Source of the DNA: an uncultured Lachnospiraceae bacterium | GTDB taxonomy: Bacteria; Bacillota; Clostridia; Lachnospirales; Lachnospiraceae | Direction of reading: 5' to 3' | Assembly (NCBI GenBank): GCA_910585625.1 | Contig: CAJUFQ010000010.1 | Coordinates: 21,441-85,440 of the forward strand | DNA length: 64,000 nt | Part shown: in pieces, positions 9,443 through 19,026 of the stretch | Numbering within the stretch: position 1 is the stretch's first letter | Layout of the letters: each line of letters starts with the position of its first letter | Translations under genes and position numbers: made by a program | The notes under the pieces: model-generated | The model's input: only the letters and a program-made list of their open reading frames with translations | The model's database searches: none | What the model was told of the DNA's origin: nothing

Positions 9443-12190
9443 CTAAAACTTCTCTATCACCGTTTCAAGGTCTTCCATATCTGCAAGCTTATAATACTTA
9501 TCGCAACGATACAGATATTCTTTTGCCGCCTTATCCTTGCGGTGTTGCTTCAGAACTTCCACGAAAACCAGGCGCGCCTCATAAAATTTCTTTGCCACGA
9601 ACAAATCCACGCCCTTTTCAAATAGGGACTTCGTCAGATCCTTGCCATAGAATTCCTCTTCTGCATCTCCCTCGTAAACGTCATAAACGCGTTCATAGGT
9701 ATTATTTTTGGCAAGATATATATTTCCAAGATACCTTGCATGATAATGCTCCTCAAAATCTGCTATCTGCTCATAGACCAGATGCGTGATAAGGATATGC
9801 GCGCCATATTTATCCCCTTTTAGGCGCAGCTCTTTTGCCAGGTCAGAATGCGCGGAAATCGTAGTGGCTTCCATTCGCTGCTCATGCCCTATCACGCCAA
9901 TCATCACACGCCCATAACTGATAGCAATCGTCCTGCTGCCGCCTGGAATCTGCTGCTTTGGCAGACGCTGAATCTCAATGGCAGCGTCTAAAGCTTCCCT
10001 GCTGCCGACTGCAAAAAATGCTGACAGCCCGGTGTCCTCAAAATGCTCCACTACGCCATGGTGGCTGTTGATTGGATCCACCAAAACAGAAAGCACACGG
10101 TTGATGTCTTTATATACCTGCTCCGCAGAGAAATCCGCGCTCTGCCTGGGGTAATCCAAGGCATGCAGGGAAAGGATTGTGAATTCCCCCTGCGTTTCAT
10201 CCCCAAGCCCCACCTCCTGAATGGATTCCTTGCCCAAGAGATTAAGGATTTTTGCCGGGATGAATTTGTAGTATCCGTCCGACATCCCCTTGATATCCTG
10301 CACATATCTGGCAATCTCCAAAGACATCTGGTTAAAAGCCGCCGAAATATCCGCCACCTCGTCATGCCCCCGCACAGCAACCGTCATGCCAAGATTTCCT
10401 GCCGCCAATTTCCCTGCGCATTCTTTCAGCGACTTTAGGGGCCTCAAGAAAATGTAGAGGATTACAAGCAGGATGATTGTCAGAATCAGCAGCATCGCGG
10501 AGGATGCATTTTTCAGGTTCCACTGATAGTACCAGATTTGGTAATCCAATATGTTGCTGTCAACGGAAACGGCCAGCATCCCATATTTTGTGCCATCGCT
10601 GAGTATCAGTGGGACGAACTGGTTATTACGCCTCCCATTCCTGTTTTCATCGCTCTTATCCACAACTTCTGCCGTCTCATACGCCTCGTAGAATGCCTCG
10701 GCCGTCTCCGCTCCATATACCCATTCCGCAGGGACGCCTCTGTATTCCGACATAGACTCGCTGACATACAGCCGCCCATCCTCGCCTGCTTCGAAGACAC
10801 TGTAGACATACATGGACAGTCCCCCGATATCCTGCCCTCCGTTGATGTCAGCATGGCCCATCCTCAATGCCCGGTCTTCGGAGGAAAATTCATCCGTGTC
10901 CTCCTCAATATTGTTTACAATATCCTCTTTGAGAATTTTGCCCAGTGCGGAAAGAGCAAACGTCTGGTCGCGTTCTAACTGCCGCCGCATGGACTGCTCA
11001 ATCCAGCATTCCAGAAAGCTGTCCATGACCAAAAGCCCCAAGAGGAATATTAAGCCAAGCCGGACTAAAATGGTCTGGAAATGATATTTCACACGAAGCA
11101 CCCAATAAACGCACAAAAACGCAGCTATCCCAAAAATCCCGAAATACACCAGGTACATCCTGCGCAAAACAGCCACGGCTGTCAGTGAGACTTCTCCAAT
11201 ATCATGATGCTTCCCCTGCTGGTAAGAGCATACGGAAACCTTTCCCTCATCATCTTCCATGCCTGCGCAGAAGCCAGACTGCGTACAGTCCGGGCTGTAT
11301 AGCTGTTGGAACGTGAAATCCGCATCTTCTTTCCGAATTTCCTCTGCCAGGAACAATGCCTTAGATGTGAGGTTCTCTAAATCAATACAGCGGATGCATT
11401 CTTCCTGGTAATCCAGTACATATGCGTGCTTGCCATCATCAGAAAGGCTCTTGAACACGCCTTGCTTACCCGTGATTCCTTTAATTTTCAGACGGTGCTT
11501 TGCCCCAATCTCCTTGGCGCAGACTTCCCCCGCATGATTCGTCCACAGCAGGATTTGGTTTTCACTCAGGAAAAACTGAGCATTCAGGTTAGGATATGGA
11601 AGCTTGACCTTGTCCAGCATTTTCCGCTCCCCCTGCGCATCCATGGAAAAGAGCTTCGCCTTTGCCGATTCTGTCCCTGTTTCTGGTATGCAGATATAGT
11701 ATAGCCTGCCAGCTTCCATACGCTGTACCTCTATCTTACCGTGCCCTGCGGCGTCCCCTGTCAGGTCATACGGTGTCTCCTTTAATCTTCCATGGGCAAA
11801 ATCACATTCATAAACCTTGCAGCTTACCTCATCCCATGCTTCCACATTCGTCTGCTCCACCAATGCATAGACTTCTCCCGTACCGCCAAAAAAAATCTGG
11901 CGCACAAACCGGTACTGCTCCCCGATATGCCGCTTGCAGACAATCATATCTCCCTTTCGTCCATCCTGGTCTGATCGGATAATCTTTAGCTCCTCGCCTT
12001 TTCCGCGATCCACATAATAGAGATACCCATCCTGGAGGTGGATCTGTTCAATATAATTCAATTTGATAGCGCTTCCGTAAATGCTGGCCACGGCCATGGC
12101 TGCAGCTGCGGCTATCAAAATCACGCACAGCCCCGCCAGACTTTTCTTTCCCAACCTGCCCCGCAAGCCAGATAAAGTTTTCTTCTCCAT
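9443..12190 (-). CDS. Membrane sensor with HAMP, degenerate class III nucleotidyl cyclase domain and TPR-like tail
   Basis: Several TM segments; HAMP (DEVADISAAFNQM); YYKFIP linker; ISYGRVMIGVIGHEQRMEAT cyclase-like segment; catalytic residues substituted. Confidence 0.8.
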   Translation of the reverse strand: MEKKTLSGLRGRLGKKSLAGLCVILIAAAAAMAVASIYGSAIKLNYIEQIHLQDGYLYYVDRGKGEELKIIRSDQDGRKGDMIVCKRHIGEQYRFVRQIFFGGTGEVYALVEQTNVEAWDEVSCKVYECDFAHGRLKETPYDLTGDAAGHGKIEVQRMEAGRLYYICIPETGTESAKAKLFSMDAQGERKMLDKVKLPYPNLNAQFFLSENQILLWTNHAGEVCAKEIGAKHRLKIKGITGKQGVFKSLSDDGKHAYVLDYQEECIRCIDLENLTSKALFLAEEIRKEDADFTFQQLYSPDCTQSGFCAGMEDDEGKVSVCSYQQGKHHDIGEVSLTAVAVLRRMYLVYFGIFGIAAFLCVYWVLRVKYHFQTILVRLGLIFLLGLLVMDSFLECWIEQSMRRQLERDQTFALSALGKILKEDIVNNIEEDTDEFSSEDRALRMGHADINGGQDIGGLSMYVYSVFEAGEDGRLYVSESMSEYRGVPAEWVYGAETAEAFYEAYETAEVVDKSDENRNGRRNNQFVPLILSDGTKYGMLAVSVDSNILDYQIWYYQWNLKNASSAMLLILTIILLVILYIFLRPLKSLKECAGKLAAGNLGMTVAVRGHDEVADISAAFNQMSLEIARYVQDIKGMSDGYYKFIPAKILNLLGKESIQEVGLGDETQGEFTILSLHALDYPRQSADFSAEQVYKDINRVLSVLVDPINSHHGVVEHFEDTGLSAFFAVGSREALDAAIEIQRLPKQQIPGGSRTIAISYGRVMIGVIGHEQRMEATTISAHSDLAKELRLKGDKYGAHILITHLVYEQIADFEEHYHARYLGNIYLAKNNTYERVYDVYEGDAEEEFYGKDLTKSLFEKGVDLFVAKKFYEARLVFVEVLKQHRKDKAAKEYLYRCDKYYKLADMEDLETVIEKF

Positions 12191-12223
12191 ATTTTTCCCT
12201 CAGAATTCAGACTGCTGTTTGCT

Positions 12224-12607
12224 TTAAAGCTGCACGGTCTGGCAGCCCGAGTTTGTAAACTGTATCGTCCCTCCATAAGAACAGGTCAGCTTACATTGAT
12301 TGTTGACTGCCGGCTTGCCCCCGACCAGCACCTGAGGGACGCCAGGCGCCCAAGGGCCTGCCGGGACTGGCGTGCAAGGCATAGGAGTCAGTACCCCCAT
12401 CGCCGCAGCAGTCGCCGCAGCCACTGTTGGGTTTGCCATGCTCTGGCACATCCCAAAAGGCGTGATATTCACAAATGGTACATTGTCAGAAATCGTCGCC
12501 AGCGGCATCGCCGACACAGTCCTTGCCGCCGGCAGCACATTCAGCACCGAGGGCGCCATACCAAAGCTACAAGTCATTGATGCCCCTCCCGTCACACATA
12601 ATCCCAT
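12224..12607 (-). CDS. DUF4280 PAAR-like spike tip protein
   Basis: GASMTCSFG, NITPFGMC, PCTP, CKLTCSYGGTI; GAGGAGG RBS before ATG 12607. Confidence 0.9.
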   Translation of the reverse strand: MGLCVTGGASMTCSFGMAPSVLNVLPAARTVSAMPLATISDNVPFVNITPFGMCQSMANPTVAAATAAAMGVLTPMPCTPVPAGPWAPGVPQVLVGGKPAVNNQCKLTCSYGGTIQFTNSGCQTVQL

Positions 12608-12638
12608 AATCTTTCCTCCTCTTTCCACTGAAATACGC

Positions 12639-13385
12639 CTATATGTCCACATGATTTTCTTGCGCGCGCTGAATCTCTGCCTCCCCGCAGACCTCTTTTC
12701 CTGCCTCCTCAAACGAATAGTACAAGATACATACGTCCTTGGGGACGTCGCCCAGCAGTAAGTAAAACGCACCGTCTTCGTCGGCAGCTGTCTCCTGCGC
12801 CGGGTAAATAACCGTGTCTTTTTTATTATATGCAGCTTTCAGCGGCCTCCCCAGCTTAAAAATTTCGGCATCGCCATCTGCCCGCTTCACATCGAAATAC
12901 TCTCCTGCTTTTCGCTGTTTTCTGCCGATATGCCAGAAGTTCTTCCTCCTTGCCCCCTTCTGGTAAAAGGAAATCTGCCCCTCCCCTTTTTCGTAGTCTC
13001 CTATCAGGCGGCAGCAAGCCTGCTCGTCTTCCATATAGAACCGAATCGTCTGTCCCGGCCGGGCCATGCCTCGCACAACCGTCGTCCCCGCACCCAACGG
13101 ATATGCCGGGGAAGGGTACAGAAATACTTCCGACAGCTCTGCTCCATAATCTATGGGCATACTTAACTGCCTACGCTGGTAAATGGGGGACTCGGTTTCT
13201 ATCTCCATCTGCGCACCGACTGCATCCAGGATCAGGAAATACCCTCCTCCCTTTTTTTCCGTCCTCCCCCCGGAGAGGGAACGGACACGGATGCCTGAAG
13301 ATATCGGTTCTCCCGTAAATGCATCCAGAAACAGCAAAGCTTTTGACAGCCGTATCTTCGTCTCATGTATTAGCATACTATGCAT
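12639..13385 (-). CDS. Hypothetical beta-rich protein following the DUF4255 gene
   Basis: Intact ORF in the operon; LDAFTGEP and LYPSPAYP motifs; start may be 13376. Confidence 0.55.
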   Translation of the reverse strand: MHSMLIHETKIRLSKALLFLDAFTGEPISSGIRVRSLSGGRTEKKGGGYFLILDAVGAQMEIETESPIYQRRQLSMPIDYGAELSEVFLYPSPAYPLGAGTTVVRGMARPGQTIRFYMEDEQACCRLIGDYEKGEGQISFYQKGARRKNFWHIGRKQRKAGEYFDVKRADGDAEIFKLGRPLKAAYNKKDTVIYPAQETAADEDGAFYLLLGDVPKDVCILYYSFEEAGKEVCGEAEIQRAQENHVDI

Positions 13386-13956
13386 CCTTTCCAGAAAAAC
13401 GGTAACTGATTTCCTGCACGCGTTTTACTGATTTCTTTCTCGTAGACTGAATTTCTACCGGGCCTGCCGTGTAGAACAATGAGGCTTTATACGCCGCGTT
13501 GGGTACGGTCCAGACCCGCACCTTTTCCTCCATCTCCATATCCTGCATCTGGATACGGATATTCGCGCCTCCCGGCTCTCCGGTAGGCGTAAAATTATCT
13601 GGATCAAGCGCCGCTTTATCCCGGAATGCCTGGATAATCCTGCCCAATATCTGGTGTTCCTGCACTGCCCGGTATTTTAAATCACTCTGCAGATAAAGGG
13701 TAATCATATAATACAGCCTCACATAGGTCGAAGGGTAACGCTGGGCGTCCCTGCCGATATCCCGCATCTCATGGGCCTGGATGGAGGTGTCTTCCCGGAC
13801 GTCATAAAGCCACACCCCGACTGCATAATCCCCATGGTCTTCCGGGGAACACAGCCCAATCTGATCCGGGCTGTTTAACAGCTCGGGAATCAACGCTTCC
13901 TTTAACAGCATCAGCATTCCTTCCCCTGTGTCTGCAATCTTTGTATAATCTGACAT
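13378..13956 (-). CDS. DUF4255 / Pvc16-Afp16-like cap (tail terminator)
   Basis: IADTG..L..LL N-terminus, IGLCSP, VWLYDVRE, LYYMIT, EHQILGRIIQAF, YKASLFY. Confidence 0.85.
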   Translation of the reverse strand: MSDYTKIADTGEGMLMLLKEALIPELLNSPDQIGLCSPEDHGDYAVGVWLYDVREDTSIQAHEMRDIGRDAQRYPSTYVRLYYMITLYLQSDLKYRAVQEHQILGRIIQAFRDKAALDPDNFTPTGEPGGANIRIQMQDMEMEEKVRVWTVPNAAYKASLFYTAGPVEIQSTRKKSVKRVQEISYRFSGKDA

Positions 13957-14018
13957 CTCATCCCTCTTTTCTTTTGCAGCGCCATGGGCAGCCGCCTGTC
14001 CTGATTTCTTGTCTGCAC

Positions 14019-16328
14019 TTATGGCATACTCTCCTGCCGTGACATATATTCATTTTCCTCATCGATTTCTTCCATGCGCTCAGGCACGGTCAGTACGCCG
14101 TTGCGGAATTCCCCTGCATCAAGCACCCTTCCGCTGGAAGCGTCATATCGGATACCGCGGCCATAGTAGCGTCCATTGATAAAGCTGCCTTTATAGAGCA
14201 AGTTCCCAGACTCGTCCCACAGCTTTCCTGAACCATAATAGCTGCCTCGTAAGAACCCTCCATCGTAAATCAAGTTTCCATTTGATGCGGAGTAGAGCTT
14301 CCCGGTTCCGCTGTATTCTCCTTTATAGAATTCTCCATCGTAGACGAGCCTTTCCGTCTGGGCGTCTGTCAGCTTGCCCGCCCCCTGGTAGAGGCCCGCC
14401 ACAAAACTGCCCTCATAAATTACCAGGTCTTTTTCGACGTCATATAGGCTGCCCGTACCATCATACAAATCTGACTTAAACGCCCCATCGTAAATGAGCC
14501 TGCCTTTTTCGTCATATGATTTGCCGATGCCCTCTTTCCTACCCTGAACATACGCCCCATCGTAGACGAGCCTGCCTTTTTCGTCATATGATTTGCCTTC
14601 TCCTTCGTATTTCCCATTGACAAACCCGCCTTCATAGACAGGAATGCCATTGTCATAGAGCGTGCCTTCGCCCTCATATTTACCCTTAACGAATTCCCCT
14701 TCGAATTCAGTGTTCCCCTCCATATCATAAGAGGTTCCGCTGCCTTCCTTTTTGCCTTTGACAAATTCGCCCTCGTAGACAAGGATGCTGCCTGCGCTGT
14801 TCTCAGAATCTTGCTCTGTGCCGCTCTCAGGATCTTCCTCTGTGCCGCCTTCAGATTCTTGCTCTGTGCCGCCCTCAGGATCTTCCTCTGTGCCGCTTTC
14901 TGAATCTGCACTTCCCACAGCCTCAGCGCTTCCAATATCTCCTGCTCCCCCGGAATCTCCGGCATCTCCGGCACTTCCAATGCCTCCGTTGCTGCCAGAA
15001 CTTCCAGTATTTTCTTGGTTCCCAGTTCCCCCGGTATTTCCGCCATTCCCGCTACTTCCGCTGTTCCCGGCATTTCCCCCGTTCCCTGCACCAGACGGTG
15101 TTCCTGTTCCTCCGTCTCCAGAATTTCCTGCTCCTATAACGCCCCCGCTTCCATTCCCAGAGCCGGAAACAGTTGTCCCGATGCCTTCACCACTTTCCGT
15201 TCCGGCTGCCTCCGCACTGCCTACGCTTCCTGTTCCGGCTGCCTCCGCACTGCCTACGCTTCCTGTTCCGGCTGCCTCCCCAGAGGCAGACGCTATGCTG
15301 GCATAGAGCTTTCCTTCTCCCTCATACTTCCCATTAACAAAATCCCCTTCATAAGCTACATTGCCGTCCTCATCGTATTCGGTCCCGGAACCTTCCTTTT
15401 TACCGTCTGCAAACTCTCCGTCATAGGCAAGTTCCCCATCCTCATATAATTTCCCTTCCCCTTCATACTCCCCTTGCGCATTAATTGTCCCCTCATAGAG
15501 GACATTTCCTTGCGCATCTTCCAAAACAGCCGCCTGCAGCACAGGCTGTCCATCCTCAAACGTGCCCTCGGCAACTACATTCCCTTCCTCATCATAGAGC
15601 GTCCCTTTGCCTTCCGGCTCTCCTTTGGCAAGGGTTCCCACATACGCTTCCTGTCCGTTGGGGAAATACAATGTCCCATTCCCCTCGTAAAGGCCATTTT
15701 TGAACTCCCCTTTATATGCCAGATTCCCCTCTTCATCATAAAGCAGCCCTTGCCCCTCATACTGATTCAGTAAGAACGTCCCCTTGTAACGAAGCGTCTC
15801 CGTGTTCTCATAATAAAGCTCACCCTCGCCAGAGTATGCTTCCATCTCAAAATCTCCCTCATACAAGAGAGATCCTTCATATGTATAGAGCTGGCCTTTA
15901 CCATTGATGCGCCCCTCCTCCATCGTACCCTTAAAAATCAAGGATCCTTCTTCAGACAGCAGCTCTACCTTGCCGTTGTACCCGACCATATCCGGTGCGT
16001 TCACTACCATCGTCTTGATGAAGAAATTCGACACCAGGATAGGGTGCAGAAGTTTCAGGTAGAGGATTGGGAGGATTGCCACCGCAATCAGGATCATGTA
16101 CACCATCCTCTTGAGAACATAGTACCGCCCAAAGGAAAAGTAATCTTGTATTGTCCGTTCCTTCTTATTCTTTTTACTATTGATGCCTTTGCGCACATCG
16201 CTCAATACCTTTGAGGCAAAGGAATCCGGGCTTAACATCCTCTTTCCCTTACGGATAACAACCTGCACCGGCGCCATCAAAATATGGGACAGCCTTCTGG
16301 CTGTACGGCCAATTAATCCGCCCTGCAT
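14019..16328 (-). CDS. Membrane-anchored MORN-repeat protein with G/S/E-rich linker
   Basis: One TM near aa 75-95; many YEGEF..G.YEG.G.LY repeats in two blocks. Confidence 0.85.
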   Translation of the reverse strand: MQGGLIGRTARRLSHILMAPVQVVIRKGKRMLSPDSFASKVLSDVRKGINSKKNKKERTIQDYFSFGRYYVLKRMVYMILIAVAILPILYLKLLHPILVSNFFIKTMVVNAPDMVGYNGKVELLSEEGSLIFKGTMEEGRINGKGQLYTYEGSLLYEGDFEMEAYSGEGELYYENTETLRYKGTFLLNQYEGQGLLYDEEGNLAYKGEFKNGLYEGNGTLYFPNGQEAYVGTLAKGEPEGKGTLYDEEGNVVAEGTFEDGQPVLQAAVLEDAQGNVLYEGTINAQGEYEGEGKLYEDGELAYDGEFADGKKEGSGTEYDEDGNVAYEGDFVNGKYEGEGKLYASIASASGEAAGTGSVGSAEAAGTGSVGSAEAAGTESGEGIGTTVSGSGNGSGGVIGAGNSGDGGTGTPSGAGNGGNAGNSGSSGNGGNTGGTGNQENTGSSGSNGGIGSAGDAGDSGGAGDIGSAEAVGSADSESGTEEDPEGGTEQESEGGTEEDPESGTEQDSENSAGSILVYEGEFVKGKKEGSGTSYDMEGNTEFEGEFVKGKYEGEGTLYDNGIPVYEGGFVNGKYEGEGKSYDEKGRLVYDGAYVQGRKEGIGKSYDEKGRLIYDGAFKSDLYDGTGSLYDVEKDLVIYEGSFVAGLYQGAGKLTDAQTERLVYDGEFYKGEYSGTGKLYSASNGNLIYDGGFLRGSYYGSGKLWDESGNLLYKGSFINGRYYGRGIRYDASSGRVLDAGEFRNGVLTVPERMEEIDEENEYMSRQESMP
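14803..14898. repeat. 48-bp duplication (24-bp subunits) in the MORN linker
   Basis: TCAGAwTCTTGCTCTGTGCCGCyCTCAGGATCTTCCTCTGTGCCGCyT x2. Confidence 0.85.
15199..15279. repeat. 33-bp tandem repeat (~2.5 copies) in the MORN linker
   Basis: GTTCCGGCTGCCTCCGCACTGCCTACGCTTCCT units. Confidence 0.9.
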
Positions 16329-16405
16329 ACTTCATCCCTCCTGTCCGGATCATGCTTTATTCCTAAAAATCACACCAAATCTGCCTGCATTCCCCAAGCA
16401 AGCCC

Positions 16406-17302
16406 TTAACGGACGCCCGCCTGCCCACGCTCCTGGATTTCCAGCGTCCCAATCTCCCGGAAAGAGACCCCCTTATCCGAGAGAACCGGATTAGGCAATG
16501 TCAGCAGGAGGTAGATAGCCGCCGACACAATCAGGGCTGCGGCAAGCACTGCCCTGATTTTCGGCAACACCTTCTTAAATCCTTCCCAGGCACGCCACCA
16601 GATGCGCCCCGGCTTTATTTCCTGCTGCTCGCTTTTGGCCAGCACCGCCTCATAGATGTTGTCATAAGCCACATAACAGTCCCACAGATAGGCAAAACGC
16701 CCCTCCTCCATCTCCCTTTCATACTTCATCAGCTCACGGGAACTTCTCTGTTCCAGCTCTTTGGCAAACAGCTCGCGCACCAGCCCGTGCGTCCGGCGGA
16801 TGCAGTCCTTTTCCTTCACTTGCCAGTAATAATCCACCTCTGTGAAATAGTAATTGAAACGGATGCTCAAATCGTCGCCCACCACAATATTATCCTTACG
16901 CAGGATTTCATAGAGAAAGCACTCCGGCATATTCAAAAGGAAAATCTGCGCATAAATATTTTTCATCAGAAGCAGCCGCTCCGTCAAGCTGTAATTCCCC
17001 TTTTCCATCGCCTGCTGCAGCGTCCTGCCGTCCGCATGGCTGAAAATGATGTAATACTTACCGTCTGCATTGAAACTGGCATGGAGGTCTTTGAAGGTAT
17101 AGCTGATATTGTTTTTCGTGGTCACCGGTACCAGCTTCCTCGCCAGCTCCATGTCGCTGACACAGGCAACGGTATATAGCGTACCTCCCCGCCGGACGGC
17201 ATCGCATGCGGCATAGAGTTCGATATTCCCGGAACCCATCGTCTTTATCTTTGATATCAGCTCAAACTGTTTATCCTGATACTTAATCACCATCTGACTC
17301 AC
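16406..17302 (-). CDS. Pseudokinase-like protein with C-terminal TM helix
   Basis: YYIIFSHADGRTL hinge-like and LRKDNIVV catalytic-loop-like segments without HRD/DFG; TM near C-terminus. Confidence 0.5.
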   Translation of the reverse strand: MSQMVIKYQDKQFELISKIKTMGSGNIELYAACDAVRRGGTLYTVACVSDMELARKLVPVTTKNNISYTFKDLHASFNADGKYYIIFSHADGRTLQQAMEKGNYSLTERLLLMKNIYAQIFLLNMPECFLYEILRKDNIVVGDDLSIRFNYYFTEVDYYWQVKEKDCIRRTHGLVRELFAKELEQRSSRELMKYEREMEEGRFAYLWDCYVAYDNIYEAVLAKSEQQEIKPGRIWWRAWEGFKKVLPKIRAVLAAALIVSAAIYLLLTLPNPVLSDKGVSFREIGTLEIQERGQAGVR

Positions 17303-19026
17303 TCTTTCTCACGTACCACTACAAACGTTGACGCCTGCACCTTCGGATATGCCGAGCTGGAAACTGTTATGTGGTAAATGCCCGGCGTTTCCGGCGCGGT
17401 ATATTTGCCATTTTTACTGATTGTCCCGCCATTGTTGTCCTTGACCTTCCATTTCAGCCGGTCATCCGAAAAGCCCTCCAATACGGCGGTAAACACCACG
17501 CTTTCTCCCACGAACACATTCGGGTTGTCCGGCTGTATGAAAATATGTTTCTTCTTGGCCGACTGAGGCTTCTGCACCTCATTGCGCAGGGCTGTCCAAT
17601 GCACCCGCACGCGCTTGGCGTTGCCGTTTTTAACGATCCGCATCCCTATTTCAAACGTACCCTGCGCAGGCTCAAGCTTCGCGCCCAGAGATGCCGTAAA
17701 CCCGCTCTGGCTCTGGAACAGGGAGGCGTCGCCGAACATCATATGGGAATCTCCGGCAAATCCGTTGTCCACCTCATAGCTAAGTTCAATCGTGACCGGG
17801 CCGAATCCCAGCCCATGCACGATTTCATCGGAATATAAGACTTCCCCCGCGCGCATCTGCCCAACCTCAAAGATAACCTCCCCATAAGCAGCACGCAGAG
17901 GCTTCTCTTCCGCTTCGCCTTTCTTGCCCGCAGCCTCCATCAATCCTGCCTGTTTCAGCATCTTCACATCCTCTGCAAGCCTGCCGATCATCGCTGTGGA
18001 AATTTCCGTGTGCATAATCTTCTGACCAAACGGCAGCGGCTCAATATGCTCAATCAGACAAATATCCCCTGCACGGACCACCTGGATTTTAGCCAGGTAA
18101 ATGCCCTGCTGGAATGTATTGCCCACGATATAGTCCATCGCCGTTTTATAATACTGTTTTTGCATCGCTTCGTAGCTGTCCAGGCTGGTGACTGCCGCCT
18201 GGCTCACGCATTTGTTAGCGTCGGTGTATTCCCTGCCGCCTATCTGCAGCCGGAAGCTGCCCTCCGCCAGGGATGCCTCCGCCTGCACATCCGGGACGCC
18301 GGCAGCCTTAATGGGAATCTCCATCAGATACCTCTTAGCTTTCTCCTGCGCATTCTCCTGGAAACAGACGCGCACCCTGCTGCCCTCCCCGCTTGTCAGA
18401 AATGACAGATCCAGCTCGTATTCGAAGGAAATCTCCTGCTGTCCCAGATATTCAATCTCCACACGCAGGACGGAATCCTTGCCCATTTCCAAAAAACGCG
18501 GCAATACCTGGCAGATACGGACGCCCTGCCCATAGTAAACAACCTTCCGCTCCTCATAGAGGCGGGATGGCGAAAATATTTCCCGTTCCGGCTCTTCCTG
18601 GGTGACGAACAGACGGTAGCCTTCTTTATATTTATTATACTCACTGCTGTTTCTGCCCGCTGTCCCAGTGACATTATGCATCAGTTCCGCAGCCTCTTCC
18701 TGATATTCCAGGCAAAGGTAGTAATAATCTGCCTCTTGCTCGCTGCCATAGCCCTCCAGCTCCGTAATCTTGCGAACCGCCGGTTCATCCAGCACAATCT
18801 CACGCCCTGCAAAGTCTAATGCCAGGCCGCGTTCCACGGAAATGCTCTCATCGTCCACTTCCACGACCCCTAGGCCGCAGACCACGCCGGAGCCAAAAAG
18901 GAAACGGTTGATTGTCCTACGCTTGTCATTAAAATATCTCTGTTCCGTCTCAAAATCTTCTACCGACAGCAGCTTCCCATAAAAATACCGGTTCCTTTCA
19001 AAGGGAAAGCTTTTCAAATTCTTCAT
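17299..19026 (-). CDS. Baseplate-attached fibre-like protein with C-terminal Ig-like domain
   Basis: RNRYFYGKLLSVEDFETEQRY...GVVCGL N-terminus typical of CIS fibre anchors; C-terminal W.V...GTI..NGKYTAP Ig repeat. Confidence 0.7.
   Translation of the reverse strand: MKNLKSFPFERNRYFYGKLLSVEDFETEQRYFNDKRRTINRFLFGSGVVCGLGVVEVDDESISVERGLALDFAGREIVLDEPAVRKITELEGYGSEQEADYYYLCLEYQEEAAELMHNVTGTAGRNSSEYNKYKEGYRLFVTQEEPEREIFSPSRLYEERKVVYYGQGVRICQVLPRFLEMGKDSVLRVEIEYLGQQEISFEYELDLSFLTSGEGSRVRVCFQENAQEKAKRYLMEIPIKAAGVPDVQAEASLAEGSFRLQIGGREYTDANKCVSQAAVTSLDSYEAMQKQYYKTAMDYIVGNTFQQGIYLAKIQVVRAGDICLIEHIEPLPFGQKIMHTEISTAMIGRLAEDVKMLKQAGLMEAAGKKGEAEEKPLRAAYGEVIFEVGQMRAGEVLYSDEIVHGLGFGPVTIELSYEVDNGFAGDSHMMFGDASLFQSQSGFTASLGAKLEPAQGTFEIGMRIVKNGNAKRVRVHWTALRNEVQKPQSAKKKHIFIQPDNPNVFVGESVVFTAVLEGFSDDRLKWKVKDNNGGTISKNGKYTAPETPGIYHITVSSSAYPKVQASTFVVVREKE

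Noticed and set aside
9443..10300. Active adenylate cyclase toxin or cyclic-nucleotide defence enzyme
   Set aside because: Catalytic residues appear substituted and the protein has receptor architecture.
12608..12772. N-terminal extension of the DUF4280 ORF
   Set aside because: Overlaps the upstream gene; a strong RBS supports ATG 12607.
16406..17302. T7SS essB gene call
   Set aside because: Only a short motif and topology resemblance; no EssC or WXG100 genes in the window.
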